Notes: a model not told the origin generated them from the sequence alone. A stretch of DNA of 64,000 bases from Eledone cirrhosa (GCA_964016885.1 OZ024740.1:352532001-352596000), one strand, 5' to 3'. Counted from the first letter of the stretch, positions 29,663 through 43,120 are shown. A program made the numbers and translations.

Positions 29663-31466
29663 CGTAAAATAAGAAAATATTTTTAAAAAAAATTTTAAAA
29701 AATTTTTTTTACTTACTTACTTAAATTTTCACTCCAACTAATTAGTTTCTGCAATGGGATAAAGACAGTTACGTAATTCAACTGTCGAGAATTCATTGCG
29801 TCATCAGGCAGTCTATTCTCAGTTAAGTCTCCAGGCAATGCGCGGACACTGGCGGCTCATATAAAAATAATAATAATTCGGTAGATAGAACAGCTGGCGA
29901 GGACTGGATTCTATGTACCGAAATTCTCACTGCTTCCAGTCAAATGGCCGATTCTAAAGAATCAATCACGTGACATAGAGGCTAGTTAGAAGGAATGGAA
30001 TGGTAAGATGACTGACGCCTACTAACACCCAAAAAAAAAAAAAAAAAATTTTTTTAGAAGTGGTTTTGGCAAGTTTGCTCGACAAATCAGTGATTTGGAG
30101 ATAAATATAGATAATTTAATATATCAACTAACATAAGCGCACAGATGCACGCCCATGCTAGCAAATACACAGGTTATGTCATAGTACCTAGGTGGTTCAA
30201 TGCAGGAGAATGCAGAACAATAATATAAAAGACGTAAAATAAGAAATATTTTTTAAAAAAATTTAAAAAATTTTTTTACTTACTTAAATTTTCACTCCAA
30301 CTAATTAGTTTCTGCAATGGGATAAAGACAGTTACGTAATTCAACTGTCGAGAATTCATTGCGTCATCAGGGAGTCTATTCTCAGTTAAGTCTCCAGGCA
30401 ATGCGCGGACACTGGCGGCTCATATAAAAATAATAATAATTCGGTAGATAGAACAGCTGGCGAGGACTGGATTCTATGTACCGAAATTCTCACTGCTTCC
30501 AGTCAAATGGCCGATTCTAAAGAATTAATCACGTGACATAGAGGCTAGTTAGAAGGAATGGGATGGTAAGATGACTGACGCCTACTAACACCCCCCAAAA
30601 AAAAATATTTTTTAGAAGTGGTTTTGGCAAGTTTGCTCGACAAATCAGTGATTTGGAGATATATATAGATAATTTAATATATCAACTAACATAAGCGCAC
30701 AGATGCACGCCCATGCTAGCAAATACACAGGTTATGTCATAGTACCTAGGTGGTTCAATGCAGGAGAATGCAGAACAATAATATAAAAGACGTAAAATAA
30801 GAAAATATTAAAAAAAAAATTTTTTTTAAATTTGTTTACTTACTTACTTAAATTTTCACTCCAACTAATTAGTTTCTGCAATGGGATAAAGACAGTTACG
30901 TAATTCAACTGTCGAGAATTCATTGCGTCATCAGGGAGTCTATTCTCAGTTAAGTCTCCAGGCAATGCGCGGACACTGGCGGCTCATATAAAAATAATAA
31001 TAATTCGGTAGATAGAACAGCTAGCAAGGACTGGATTCTATGTACCGAAATTCTCACTGCTTCCAGTCAAATGGCCGATTCTAAAGAATCAATCACGTGA
31101 CATAGAGGCTAGTTAGAAGGAATGGGATGGTAAGATGACTGACGCCTACTAACACCCCCCCGAAAAAAAAAATATTTTTTAGAAGTGGTTTTGGCAAGTT
31201 TGCTCGACAAATCAGTTATTTGGAGATAAATATAGATAATTTAATATATCAACTAACATAAGCGCACAGATGCACGCCCATGCTAGCAAATACATAGGTT
31301 ATGTCATAGTACCTAGGTGGTTCAATGCAGGAGAATGCAGAACAATAATATAAAAGACGTAAAATAAGAAAATATAAAAAAAAAAAATTTTTTTTAATTT
31401 TTTTACTTACTTACTTAAATTTTCACTCCAACTAATTAGTTTCTGCAATGGGATAAAGACAGTTAC

Positions 31467-31468
<2 letters not shown>
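29655..31468 (-). mobile_element. Retrozyme-like tandem array: 3.2 copies of a ~565-bp non-coding monomer, one HHR per monomer
   Basis: GACGTAAAATAAG at 29661, 30231, 30789, 31356. HHRs on minus at 29731-29812, 30294-30375, 30858-30939, partial at 31425-31468. (TA)n on both sides. Confidence 0.9.
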
Positions 31469-31539
<71 letters not shown>

Positions 31540-31540
<1 letters not shown>

Positions 31541-32865
31541 TAGAAGCTGAACCCGGGGCCACTTTTTATTAAGTTAATAATTTGAAAAATATTATTGAAA
31601 GTTTATTATAAAGAAGCAGTTTCAGGAAAAAATAGAAATATGCACTTGAGGCTGGACGGTGTACAATGAGAAGTGGCGCGATGTGAAAAGCGTTGTTTAT
31701 TAACAGCGAAATAACAATATCGATGATATGCAATTTGAAAAATACTACTTACTGTTAGTGGTGGTTTACATGTATTAGAATTAAAATTAGATTTTTGATT
31801 TATCTTTTGAACAAAATAAATATTTATTTACAGTTTCTCACAGAAAAACTATGCTTCATTTTTACATGAATATTTATTTACAGTTTTTAAGTTTTTAACC
31901 GAAACACTATGCTTCATTTTTACATGAATATTTATTTATAGTTTTTAACAGAAAAAAAATTGCTGCGAAATACATTTTTTTTTAACACATGATACGTCAC
32001 GAAGGTAAATGTTTCGAAAAAATGTTAAACTGTATATCGCAACAATATATTGTTTAAAGAAATTATTTTTCTGTTGTTTAAAACTGTAAATCTGTTTTTA
32101 AAAAAATGTATTTAACCGAAACACATGAATATTTATTTACAGTTTTTAACAAAAAAAAATTGCTGCGAAATACATTTTTTTAAAAACAGATTTACAGTTT
32201 TTAACAACAGAAAAAAATTTCTTTAAACAATATATTGTTGTGATATACAGTTTAACATTTTTTCGAAACATTTACCTTCGTGACGTATCGTGTGGTGGGT
32301 GGAGCTAATAATTGAATGTCGATGATGATAATTTAGGACACTAAAACCAAGTATCGCCAAGGGTTTAATTTCTTTTGATGGAAAACAGTGACCGTACTGC
32401 AGAATCGATTTCATAAAACGGTACTGTATGATCGTTAAATGTAGAAGGATAATAGTTTATTAACAGCGAAATAGCAATGTCGATGATATGCAAGTTTAAA
32501 AATGCATATTATGAGGGTTTGTATGATAGTTTACACATTTTCCTGAAACTGCTTCTTTATAATAAACTTTCAATATTTTTCAAATTATTGGTACTGTATG
32601 TTAACAGCGAAAGAACGTTGATGAGTTTAAAAATGTGTATGAAATTGTAAATAAGACAAAAGTATTAGAACAGGGGGAAATAACTCACCGAACGCGATAG
32701 TTTTGGGGCCCCAGGGACCACATTTTTCAAGTTAGAGATTTGAAACCTCATCTATTTGCTTCCTTGGCACTTTTGACATAGGTGTGTAAATTTTCATGTC
32801 AGTCCGACCACGTCTACTACCATTTAACCGTGCACATTTGAATTTCAACCACCTCCATTTCACAA

Positions 32866-32875
<10 letters not shown>
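31540..32875 (-). mobile_element. Probable non-autonomous Helitron with internal inverted duplications
   Basis: Minus 3' end ...CCCCGGGTTCAGCTTCTAG|T. Inverted repeats 31991-32113/32168-32290 and ~31573-31632/32537-32590. Confidence 0.5.
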
Positions 32876-32906
<31 letters not shown>

Positions 32907-33042
32907 AGTGTAATTTTCTACACAAAACGAAGGTTATAGAGAAAATTGAGGTTGGTAATGGCACATGGAATATATAAGAGACAGAATACTTTTTTGTGAA
33001 AAAACATAATTTTATAAGGTAAGGAAATAATAAAGGGTATAA

Positions 33043-33090
33043 AAAATGACCGGTTTCGATGGGTCTGCAAAAGCCATCTTTTCAAATGTT
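33043..33090 (-). ncRNA. Type-I hammerhead, U3-A8 variant
   Basis: AACAT-TTGAAAA-GATGG..CCATC-GAAA-CCGG-TC-ATTTT. Confidence 0.7.
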
Positions 33091-33404
33091 GATTAATATT
33101 AAGAAAAATTAATAATACGAAGAGTTAAAATTTGAGATTTGAAAATTCAAGTATAAAATTCATTGTGGGATTTCATAGCAGTTTTCATCTAGGTAGCAAC
33201 AACAGGTTGACTGCTGTGTCCCTTTCTGGTAGTGAATGAGAAGTTATTTGTGGTGTGGGTTATTTTATAAAGGTCAGATTTAGCAATCGCCAACTGGCCA
33301 GCTGCTGGTCAGTGAGGGGGTGGAAGCAATATACATACACATATCTTCCTGTGGTGGGTAGGAGAGTGGAGCGTGATAGAAAGGGATTTAGTGCACTTAC
33401 ACCT

Positions 33405-33554
33405 ATATATACACACATACCTTCATCCACACATACATACATATACATATACATATATATATATATATATATACATATACACACATACATACACACACAC
33501 ATACATATACATACACACATACACACACACACATATATACACATACACCCACAC

Positions 33555-33591
<37 letters not shown>

Positions 33592-33622
33592 TATATATAC
33601 ATACACATACATCCAGATACAC

Positions 33623-33699
<77 letters not shown>

Positions 33700-34000
33700 C
33701 ACCCACACACACACACCCACACATACATACACACACACACACATATATATACATACACACATACAAACATACACACACACACACATATATATACACACAC
33801 ACACACACGCATATATATATATACACATACGCATACATCCAGATATACACATACATACACACACACACACACACGCGCACACACAATACATACATCCACA
33901 TGCACACACATACACACACACACACATATACACATACATACACCCACCACACAGAGAAATGGCCTCCAAATATATATATATATATACATACAGACACATA
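33405..34000. repeat. Compound (CA)n/(TA)n microsatellite
   Basis: Direct reading. Confidence 0.95.
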
Positions 34001-34095
34001 TATTGTTTCCATAATATAAGAAGTTGGGACAGTGAAATTAAAATACAAGTCATTCTGATCACATTGAGTTCTTCATGTATATGTATATGTAGGAG

Positions 34096-36737
34096 GTGAG
34101 TTTTATTGGCCGGTTCAACAAATTGAATAAGAAAAATAAACAAAAATTTATTCAATTTGATATTGCCAGCTACTATTCTTCTATTTCGCCCTCACTTCTC
34201 AACAATGCTCTATCTTTCGCTTACAAATATTCAGACATCACCACAGATGAACTTCACATCATTCTCACCGCACGTAAAACCATCCTAGAGCTCAACAATG
34301 AATATTGGACCAGAGCTGATACCTTTAACAACTTTGACATCACAATGGGAGCATCCGATTCATCCCAATTGACTGATTTAATTGGTATCTTTATTTTGAA
34401 CTCTTTGAATCGGAAAATTCCTCAACTTCGCGGTGGAATTTATCATGACAATGGACTCTTTACTATTTTAAATTGCAACATAGTTAACCTTAATATTATT
34501 AAGAACAATATACGTAATCTCTTTAACCAACATAACTTAAAAATTGAATTTGATAACAGCATCAAACTAGCTAATTTCTTGGATGTATCTCTTAACCTTG
34601 ACACTGGCCTATATTACCCTTACCATAAAAACAATTAGAACCTAAATTATGTTAATTTTAAATCTAACCACCCCACTAATATTAAGAATGCTATAGTTAG
34701 TAATATTGGAAAAAGAATATCTAACCTATCTTCTAATAAAAACATCTTTGATGCTAACGCCAATTACTATAATAACGCGCTTTCTAAAGCCGGTTATCCT
34801 GATAAAATCAAATATAGTAAAGAAGCAAATTCTAGAAGATCTTACAGTAGAATAATTAATCATGATCATTCCAATAACTTTAATAAAAGACCTAGATACA
34901 AAAACATAATCTGGTATAATGCTCCTTTCTCCATCTCTATTAATAATAATTGTTTCTACTTTAGGCACAAGGCCAGCAATTACCCAGTGCATTACTGGTA
35001 CTTTATTTTATCGACCCCGTAAGGATGAAAGGCAAAGTCAACCTCGGCGGGATTTGAACTCAGATCGTAAAGGGACGTAACTATGCTGGAAAGCATGGTG
35101 TCCGACCCTCTACCGATACTGCCAATCCACCGCCCTATTAATAATAATATTCCTAAATTATTCTTTAGTGCCTTAAATAAATGCTTCCCTCCCTCACATA
35201 TCTATAGTAAAATATTTAACAAACACACGATAAAATTCTCCTATTCGACCTCCTCCAACATCTCCAACATTATCTCTAAACACAACAATAAAATACTAAA
35301 TACTAAATCTCTTCCTTCCAACACTGAATATCATAATAATAGTAATAGTACTCCCGACGTCATTGTTAACTCTAGGCTAATTTCTGCAAACCCAAATACA
35401 ACGTCAAACGCAACTTCGCTAAATGTTCTTAATCCCATTCTAAATCAAGAAACTATTATTCCTATCGTAAATAACTTCTCCAATCCAATCTCTTCTATAG
35501 ATAACACTAGGTCACTTGTTAATAACTCTGTTAATCTCTCTAATCGCAATTGCAATTGCCCTGTTAAAAATAAATGTCCTCTCAACAACCATTGTCTTGA
35601 AAAAAACTTAATCTACGAATGTAAAGTTATAACTGACACCAATTCCTTTACCTATTTTGGTCCACTTCCACCTCCTTTAAAGCTCGTTTTTATAATCATC
35701 ATTCGTCTTTTAAATACCAACTTAAAAGAACCAACACGGCACTCTCAGAACTCATATGGTCCTAGAAAGACAAAAATATTAACTATAACATCTCTTGGAA
35801 AAAGGTTTCTTCTGCTTCTTCATACTTGAACAGTTCTCTATCCAAGACATGCAATCTCTGTTTATGTGAAAAATTTACCATTATATCTAATTTAGATTCT
35901 ATAATAAATAGACGCACTGACTTGTTCTCTCTCTGCTTGCATAAATTCCACAGAACATTCCATAAAGTATACAGCTAATATCTAATACTTTACCAATTTA
36001 AAATCCTTTTCTCAAAGGCACACATATATATATATATACATATATATTTCTTTAAAAATATACCCATCTTTCTACCTTATTTCAATGTTATTTATTATAC
36101 ATTATATAATACTAGTTACTCATTCTATTTCACTCCTATTTATCACTTCCCTTTCTTTCTTTTCCCTTTTTCTTTTCTTTTCTCTTTCTTTTAATTTCTA
36201 ACCCCTAATCTGTACCTTTTCTTCCTAGACACTTCTCAATTATCATTGTGCCTAACGTAGAAACAATTATTACACAGCACAATATATTCTTACTTTATAT
36301 CACCTTAAAAAAATCCTTCGTAAACATAAACATTTTTTTGACGTTAGATTATTCATCCTCAATTCATTATTTTTTTCTCCCTTTCATGCTCATCTAACTT
36401 ATACATATTACACTTATTCATCCTCTCTTCTACTTCTTTCACAATATATCCTTAATTACATTACTATTGCTATATTTTTATATTTTTTAATAATACATAT
36501 CAACAATTTCTTTCCATCGCACATATTATTAAACCCTTAAATATTATTCTTAATACATATTAACAATTTCTTTTCATCGCACATATTATTAAACCCTTAA
36601 ATATACAAACCTTAATTTAACATTATTCTAAAATTTTTCTCTTCGTTAATTTTCAAATTCTTTTAATTTATATATTATCTTCCAACGGTTTTTCAACCTC
36701 TCAATGTAAAACAATATATTTTTCTCAGTTATAAAAG

Positions 36738-36783
<46 letters not shown>

Positions 36784-37085
36784 CCCATCTCTCCTCCTAT
36801 CTCATCCTTCCTCATTATACTCCTCCCCCTCCACTTTTTACTCTCATCTCCTCCTCTTTTTCATCCTCTCCAACCTCCCCTCCCTCAATTTTTCCCCAAT
36901 ATCACACATCAATCTAAAACTACTTTTCATATGTTGATTTAAAACTGCACTATTCACAAGTGTGTTTTAACCTTCATATCATGTCTCCCTATTTTATCTG
37001 ACGAAAACGCAAATGTTATTGCATGATATTTGTTTTTGAAATGCGCATAATAAAATACATGAAACTCTTTTAACCATCTTTTGAT

Positions 37086-37090
<5 letters not shown>
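34096..37090 (+). mobile_element. Penelope-like element (Hydra-like), RT + GIY-YIG, disrupted, 3' HHR at 36992-37055
   Basis: FIQFDIASYY, FDITMGASDSSQLTDLIG, GIYHDNGL, CNCPVKNKCPL, CNLCLCEK; stops and frameshifts present. Confidence 0.92.
34951..35134 (-). mobile_element. Full-length SINE inserted in the PLE ORF with 14-bp TSD
   Basis: CTATTAATAATAAT at 34937-34950 and 35135-35148. Confidence 0.93.
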
Positions 37091-37168
<78 letters not shown>

Positions 37169-37214
37169 ATATATATATATATATAATTACATAGTAAACA
37201 ACAAAATATAATTA

Positions 37215-37284
37215 TTCTATTACCCAAGGTTTCAGGAAACTAGACGATCTTAACAGAAACGCCTAGTACGCTCATCAGATGAAA
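37215..37284 (-). ncRNA. Type-I hammerhead (solo pLTR fragment)
   Basis: TTTCAT-CTGATGA-GCGTACTAGGCG...CGTCTAGTTTCCT-GAAA-CCTTGG-GTA-ATAGAA. Confidence 0.7.
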
Positions 37285-37419
37285 TGCTTATGTTATGGAT
37301 ATAAGATTTGAAAATAAAATCTGTTAAAAATGAAAGTGAGGTTGAATTAAAATAATGGAAAAAATACATGTACACAGATTCAGATATACATGCATGCACA
37401 TATACGTAACAATAAAAAT

Positions 37420-37457
<38 letters not shown>

Positions 37458-37518
37458 TAGAAAGAGAGGTTTTTTTTACAAAATGAAAAATAACCGAGGT
37501 GTCCTACACGAGTGAAAG

Positions 37519-37809
37519 TATAAAGAAAAAAAGATGAAATCGAAAATGCAACTGGAGTCTTATTAAAAAAAATATATATATATTTATTTGGTTCCTTTAC
37601 CGGTTTCGCAGTTCTTCTGCTTTTCAAAAGTAGAGTTGAGATGGAGGGTCTGTGGTTTTTCTCACAGATGTGAGAAAAACCACAGACCCTCCATCTCAAC
37701 TCTACTTTTGAAAAGCAGAAGAACTGCGAAACTGGTAAAGGAACCAAATAAATATATATATTTTTAAAAAAATAAGACTCCAGTTGCATTTTCGATTTCA
37801 TCTTTTTTT

Positions 37810-37816
<7 letters not shown>
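37519..37816. mobile_element. ~300-bp near-perfect palindrome with two head-to-head U3-A8 hammerheads (37595-37630 minus, 37705-37740 plus)
   Basis: Centre CTCACA-GA-TGTGAG at 37661-37674. CTT-TTGAAAA-GCAG-AAGAA-CTGC-GAAA-CCGG-TA-AAG. A tail fragment recurs at 58696-58780. Confidence 0.88.
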
Positions 37817-37888
<72 letters not shown>

Positions 37889-38021
37889 AAAATACACATG
37901 CATAACATATATATATACATATACATGCACACATACATATAGTCATACGCACACATATATATATATAACACTCACACATATATAGACACATAAAATACGT
38001 ACGTTCACATATATACATACA

Positions 38022-38320
38022 CTAGCATTAAAGCCCGGTGTTTCTCGGGGTCAGTAAGTTACCAAAGTTAGGTTGCACCACCCATTTTATGGCAGCACTT
38101 TTTTGTCTGCCAGGCACTGAGTGAATGAATTGCAGACCTGGACTGCCGAAGCAGGAGCTGCACCAGCAGTGACAATTGTAATTTCGCCTATAGATATTAT
38201 CTCTGTGCAAAGAAGTGTTGAAATTTATTGTTTCACAATACTTGCGCAACACGTGCGTAGACGATGCCAGCCGAACAACAGAGCTGCGATGGAGTTGTTC
38301 TGCATGGTTGTCTAATGTGT
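38022..38320 (-). mobile_element. Helitron 3' end (5' limit not determined)
   Basis: Minus: CCCGAGAAACACCGGG hairpin, 8 nt, CTAG|T. Confidence 0.55.
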
Positions 38321-38502
38321 GTTTTCTAAATTTAAGACAGTAGGGAGGGGTGTGATATGGGGAGAGTTAGCTGCTGTTTCTAGCAGGTTTAGTGACCTCA
38401 TAGAGGATATGTTTTTTAAATTTAAGACAGTAGGGAGAGGTGTGATATGGGGGAGAGTTAGATGCTGTTTCTAGCAGGTTTAGTGACCTCATAGAGGATA
38501 TT
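38320..38502. repeat. ~91-bp tandem duplication
   Basis: TAAATTTAAGACAGTAGGGAG...GACCTCATAGAGGATAT twice. Confidence 0.9.
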
Positions 38503-38741
38503 ATTGTGTATAGTAAATGAACTGATACTTCTTTCTTCCACGTTCGTTAATAGATGTTTAAAAAAAGATTTATCACTATTTTTTTTTGTTGTTGAATAAA
38601 TTTATCTGTTGCTTTTGAATAATTGTTGTTTCGTATGAAATGTAATAAGTTCTCTTTGTCATTGAAGTAAATAAATGTTTGACCGTTCCACACTCAAAAA
38701 CAAACGTTCCCTCTCTCTCTCTCACTCTCTCGCTCCCTCTC

Positions 38742-38790
<49 letters not shown>

Positions 38791-39129
38791 GTTTGTAAGT
38801 TTAATCGTATATAAGAGAAAGTTGCAGCATGTATGTAGTTTTATCAAATTTTAAGAGAGAGTAAATCAGATTGTATTAGAGGGGTAAAGCGTCATGTATT
38901 TAGTTTTATCAATTATTTCCGTAATTGTTGGTGAGTTTGAATGAAATAAATAGTCGTTGACCTAAGTTGGACCATTTACAACATTCTTACAGACTTTGAG
39001 TCGAATCGGTTTGAAATTGTGCAAACGTATAAACATGGAACATGCACACACACAACAACAATATGCCTTTTATAGATAATGATACATGCACATAAAAATA
39101 ATAACACATAAATATATATATATATATAT

Positions 39130-40095
39130 AAAAATACGGACGAAACCATGGTAGAGATATAATTACGGTATGTACACATTTCTTCTAAGTTTGAATTTAC
39201 ACCTAATTGTGTATGCTTGACGGTATATTTAGTCAGTTTCTACATGCTGTTGAAATGTTGGATAAATACTCTATTGGGGCCACCACGAAGAGGCCGCTTT
39301 CGGTTATTTGTCGGAAATTCCTTCATAGGAGCCATTATTCTTATAACCTGGTCTAATTGATTTTTTTATATGGTTAATTATGCTAATTGGGAGAGGAAAT
39401 GGTATATATTTTATCTAATAATTCTAAGGACATGATTTATGATATATTGCTCTGATTATTTAATTTATTAATTCTTCACTGAGCCACAACGTGACCGGTT
39501 GCAACATATATATCTATGACTTTATGTATATGTAAATCTTTATATTTAATAATCTCCCGTTAGGTTGAGATACAATTGGGCGATATTGGGATGCGCTTTC
39601 TAGCAACAAGCCTACTCGCCGTAAGCAACTAATCACATTCTTTCTAACTTGACCACTGGCACGTCACGATTCTTAGCCATTTTTGAATCTATTTTTGGCG
39701 CGATCACTTTGGAAAATTAAATGTCTAATTTTGAGTTTTTCTCCTGATGAGTCTGTTACTCCGGATATCCTGATAATTGGATGTCTAAAAATACGGACGA
39801 AACCATGGTAGAGATATAATTACGGTATGTACACATTTCTTCTAAGTTTGAATTTATACCTAATTGTGTATGGTTGACGGTGTATTTAGTCAGTTTCTAC
39901 ATGCTGTTGAAATGTTGGATAAATACTCTATTGGGGCCACCGCGAAGAGGCCGCTTTCGGTTATTTATCGGAAATTTCTTCATAGGAGCCATTATTCTTA
40001 TAGCCTGGTCTAATTGATTTTTTATATGGTTAATTATGCTAATTGGGAGAGGAAATGGTATATATTTTATCTAATAATTCTAAGGACATGATTTA

Positions 40096-40100
<5 letters not shown>
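39130..40100 (+). mobile_element. Second retrozyme-like/pLTR tandem: ~1.5 copies of a 657-bp monomer; full HHR 39740-39814, half HHR 39131-39157
   Basis: ACGGACGAAACCATGGTAGAGA with GAAA at 39142 and 39799. TCTC-CTGATGA-GTCTGT...ACGGAC-GAAA-CCATGG-TA-GAGA. (TA)n on both sides. Confidence 0.85.
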
Positions 40101-40127
<27 letters not shown>

Positions 40128-40130
<3 letters not shown>

Positions 40131-42999
40131 GTATAGGATTATCCTAGATGCAGTAATGGTTAATTACTACACTGGATATGGTTGACGTACAGTGAGAGGT
40201 TACTCAACGAGTTATGGAAGAATTGTTGAAGAAACTTAGTTCCTGATCCTTCTGTATTCCGCAGTGTAGATAAAGAATGAATAATAACAGGTAGACATCA
40301 TAAAAAGGTAATTTATTCCGTGTGCTTACAAATGTTTCCACGGTGGTTGTACAGCCTAGTTATGCTATGTGCAAATTTACAACTATTTGCAAAACTCAAT
40401 TATCAAATGCTGTGACCACTGTATCATCAGAGCAGAATGGTTAAAATGTATAATGTAAATACCCTTAAGTGAGGTTATTGGAGAAGATAGAGTAGAAAAG
40501 GAAGAGAGAAAAGAGGAGGAGAGGAAGAGAGAGAGAAAGATATGCAGGGGTTGGAGACATAGGAGAGAGTGGTTTGTAGATATCTTAATCAAAATGTTAT
40601 GGTAGGGGTTTTATTATACTGGTTACTCTTAAAGTGACCACCTTAAGCGATGCATTGATAGTCAAGGTTGGAATTATTTATTGCCCCAGAGGGCAGGTTC
40701 ATAGATGTGGAGAGGGAGGGAGGTAGGCTTAAGGCGAGAGAGAGTGGAATGGATATAGAGGGAGAGATAGAGAGGGGACAGACGAAAGCTATGGGGTAGG
40801 TGAACTTTGGGTTCGTAGTAGTAATCTGCGAATTGCACTAAGTTACCATTTATAGTGATAAGCAGGGTATTGCCTTGTAGTGTGGGGGAAGAGAAGGTGG
40901 TTAGCTAGAAAACAATGTTATAGTTACGGGTTCGAATGTTAAGTTATTTTATAGTGAGAGAATTTAGCTTTTAGTTTGTGGTTACAGTATAATGATCGTT
41001 CGATTCTATCGTTAAGTAGTTCATTTTTGGATTTTAAGATGTAAAAGAGTTCAAGGTTACATAACCTACAGTACTTCAATCCACTCCGATATGCACTTGC
41101 GCTGGAAAGTATATCCCATTTTAAGTGAACTGTTGGTTGCGTTCACGGAGTTGCTAGGTCTTGTTGGCGAGCGTGGTCACAAAACGGTGATCAGGATGTT
41201 TAATTGAGAATCGATGATGGTACCAGCGAGATTTAAACGAGGTGGTGGTAGACCCGATGTAATACCATTTCTGGTCGTTCGATTCAACCGTGCATTGGTA
41301 AACAATGTTGGACTTTAGGCATTTATTCTTTAATGGACATCTTTCAGGTAGATGACAGTTACAGTTTTTGTTGTGGGTAGCGGGTATACCATGGATAGGT
41401 TGTGATAACAGTACAGGTGGGTTGTGTAATACCCGTCTCCCATTTTGGGAGGCAGATATTACGTTCTGCCCATCTGTTATCAAAATATTTTGTTTTGTAG
41501 TGTTGTTTAATTGCTTTAAGTTAAGTTTTTTTATGTATGCTTCAAGGTTTGGTGCCGTGGAATATGATAGTCTAATAGTTTTAGAGTTCAGAATTTTACT
41601 GTATTTATGGGAACTAGGGAAATGCTTGTTGATTAACTTAAAGAATGAAAGAGATAGTTTTGTACTAATCGAGGCATTAAAAATAGGATTATACCAGATA
41701 TACTTTCTACAACGTGATTTATTTGGTGATGATTTTCTATTATTAGTATGTCTGGTGGTACTGCGTGTGTGTGCTTGTATTTTAGTCCCCCGGTTACGTA
41801 TTCCTTGATTTCGTGTAGAGCTATGTGTGTTATGGAGATTCTTATCAATGTATTCTATTGTATCCCGGTGGTTGGCATTCCTTAATGCATTATTATAGTA
41901 TTCAGCGTGTTCATTAAAAATCTCAGTCAGACGATAGGCGAGAGATTCTAAGAGAAATACTACGGGGAACCGATTTGATCATGGAAAGTGGGTGGTTTGA
42001 GTTAAAATTGATATAAGTAAGGTTCTCATTTATCTTGTGGAAGGGTCGTATCAGTCCGGTATTTAAATTAAGAGTTACGTCTAGAAAATTTACTACTTTA
42101 AGATTGTATTCGTATGTTATTTTTAGACCCAATTCACTAAAAGATTTTCTAATAATTTTCCGTAGCCTTTCAAGATTTTGGTTATTTAAGTTATTAACTA
42201 ATAAGAGCTCGTCATCTCTGTATATTCCCCCCTGTAGATTACTAAATTTACTATGTAGTATGTGGGCTATGTAAATTCCCACGAGATCCGTGACCTCCGC
42301 GGAGTCGTTGGAACCCATGGTAATGTCGAAGTTTGTGGGTCTGTCCTTACGTTCCCAGTAGCAGTTATCAAACTTGATAATAGTTTTTCTAGCCTCGAGA
42401 ATAATATTAATTTCGTCCTCCGTTAGGTCGGAATTGACTTTAGCAAACGATAGGGCATTTCGTAAAGTGCCGGGTGAGATTGAAGAGTAGTATTCGTCTA
42501 CGTCGAATTGTATAAACTTAGATTTATTCTTGTTCTTAACGTTATTAAACCAGCGAATTGTTTCGCTAGTGTTGCCCCATAATTTAATTTCAATTTTCTT
42601 TTTCACTTGAGTTATTACTCTGTCAAGTATATGTTTGCTAATTTTTCCTATGTCTGATTTAGAAGGGCATATAAGTCTAATCTTAGGGTTAGAGTCAAAA
42701 TTTACCTTATGGTCCTTCAGGTTAAAGGTGGGGGTTGCGGGTATAATCGGCTCGGTTCTATCGTCTATCTTGAGATTCTTCACCACTTTGTATGCCTCGT
42801 TGTTAATATTTGCTAGCGTAGTTTCACTTGTTTTTCTATATTTTTGTGTAGTTCATTGCGTATGAAGTTATTGTACGTATCGATATCCATGGTATACACG
42901 TTAGAGGTCTTGTCAGCTTTCACAACAATTCCATTGGTATTTTGCAGTCTTCGGAGTAGTGCTTTCATGTTGCTCTGCAGCTCATTATTTCTATGTTTG

Positions 43000-43000
<1 letters not shown>
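40128..43000 (-). mobile_element. Penelope-like element (Hydra-like), RT + GIY-YIG with frameshifts, related to the 19492 element
   Basis: ORF 41923-42786 (FIQFDVDEYY, GIYRDD), ORF 41154-41483 (CNCHLPERCPL..IVYQC..YIG). (TA)n at both ends. Confidence 0.94.
40323..40434 (-). ncRNA. Type-I hammerhead with branched ~85-nt helix II
   Basis: TGCT-CTGATGA-TACAGTGGT-C-ACAGC...GCTGT-ACA-ACCACCGTG-GAAA-CATTTG-TA-AGCA. Confidence 0.8.
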
Positions 43001-43075
<75 letters not shown>

Positions 43076-43085
43076 TCTATGTTTG

Positions 43086-43120
<35 letters not shown>

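Noticed and set aside
29761-29796. H-type pseudoknot (AATTC/GAATT) inside helix II of the 29655 HHR
   Set aside because: The pairing is not preserved in the 61340 or 56110 variants.
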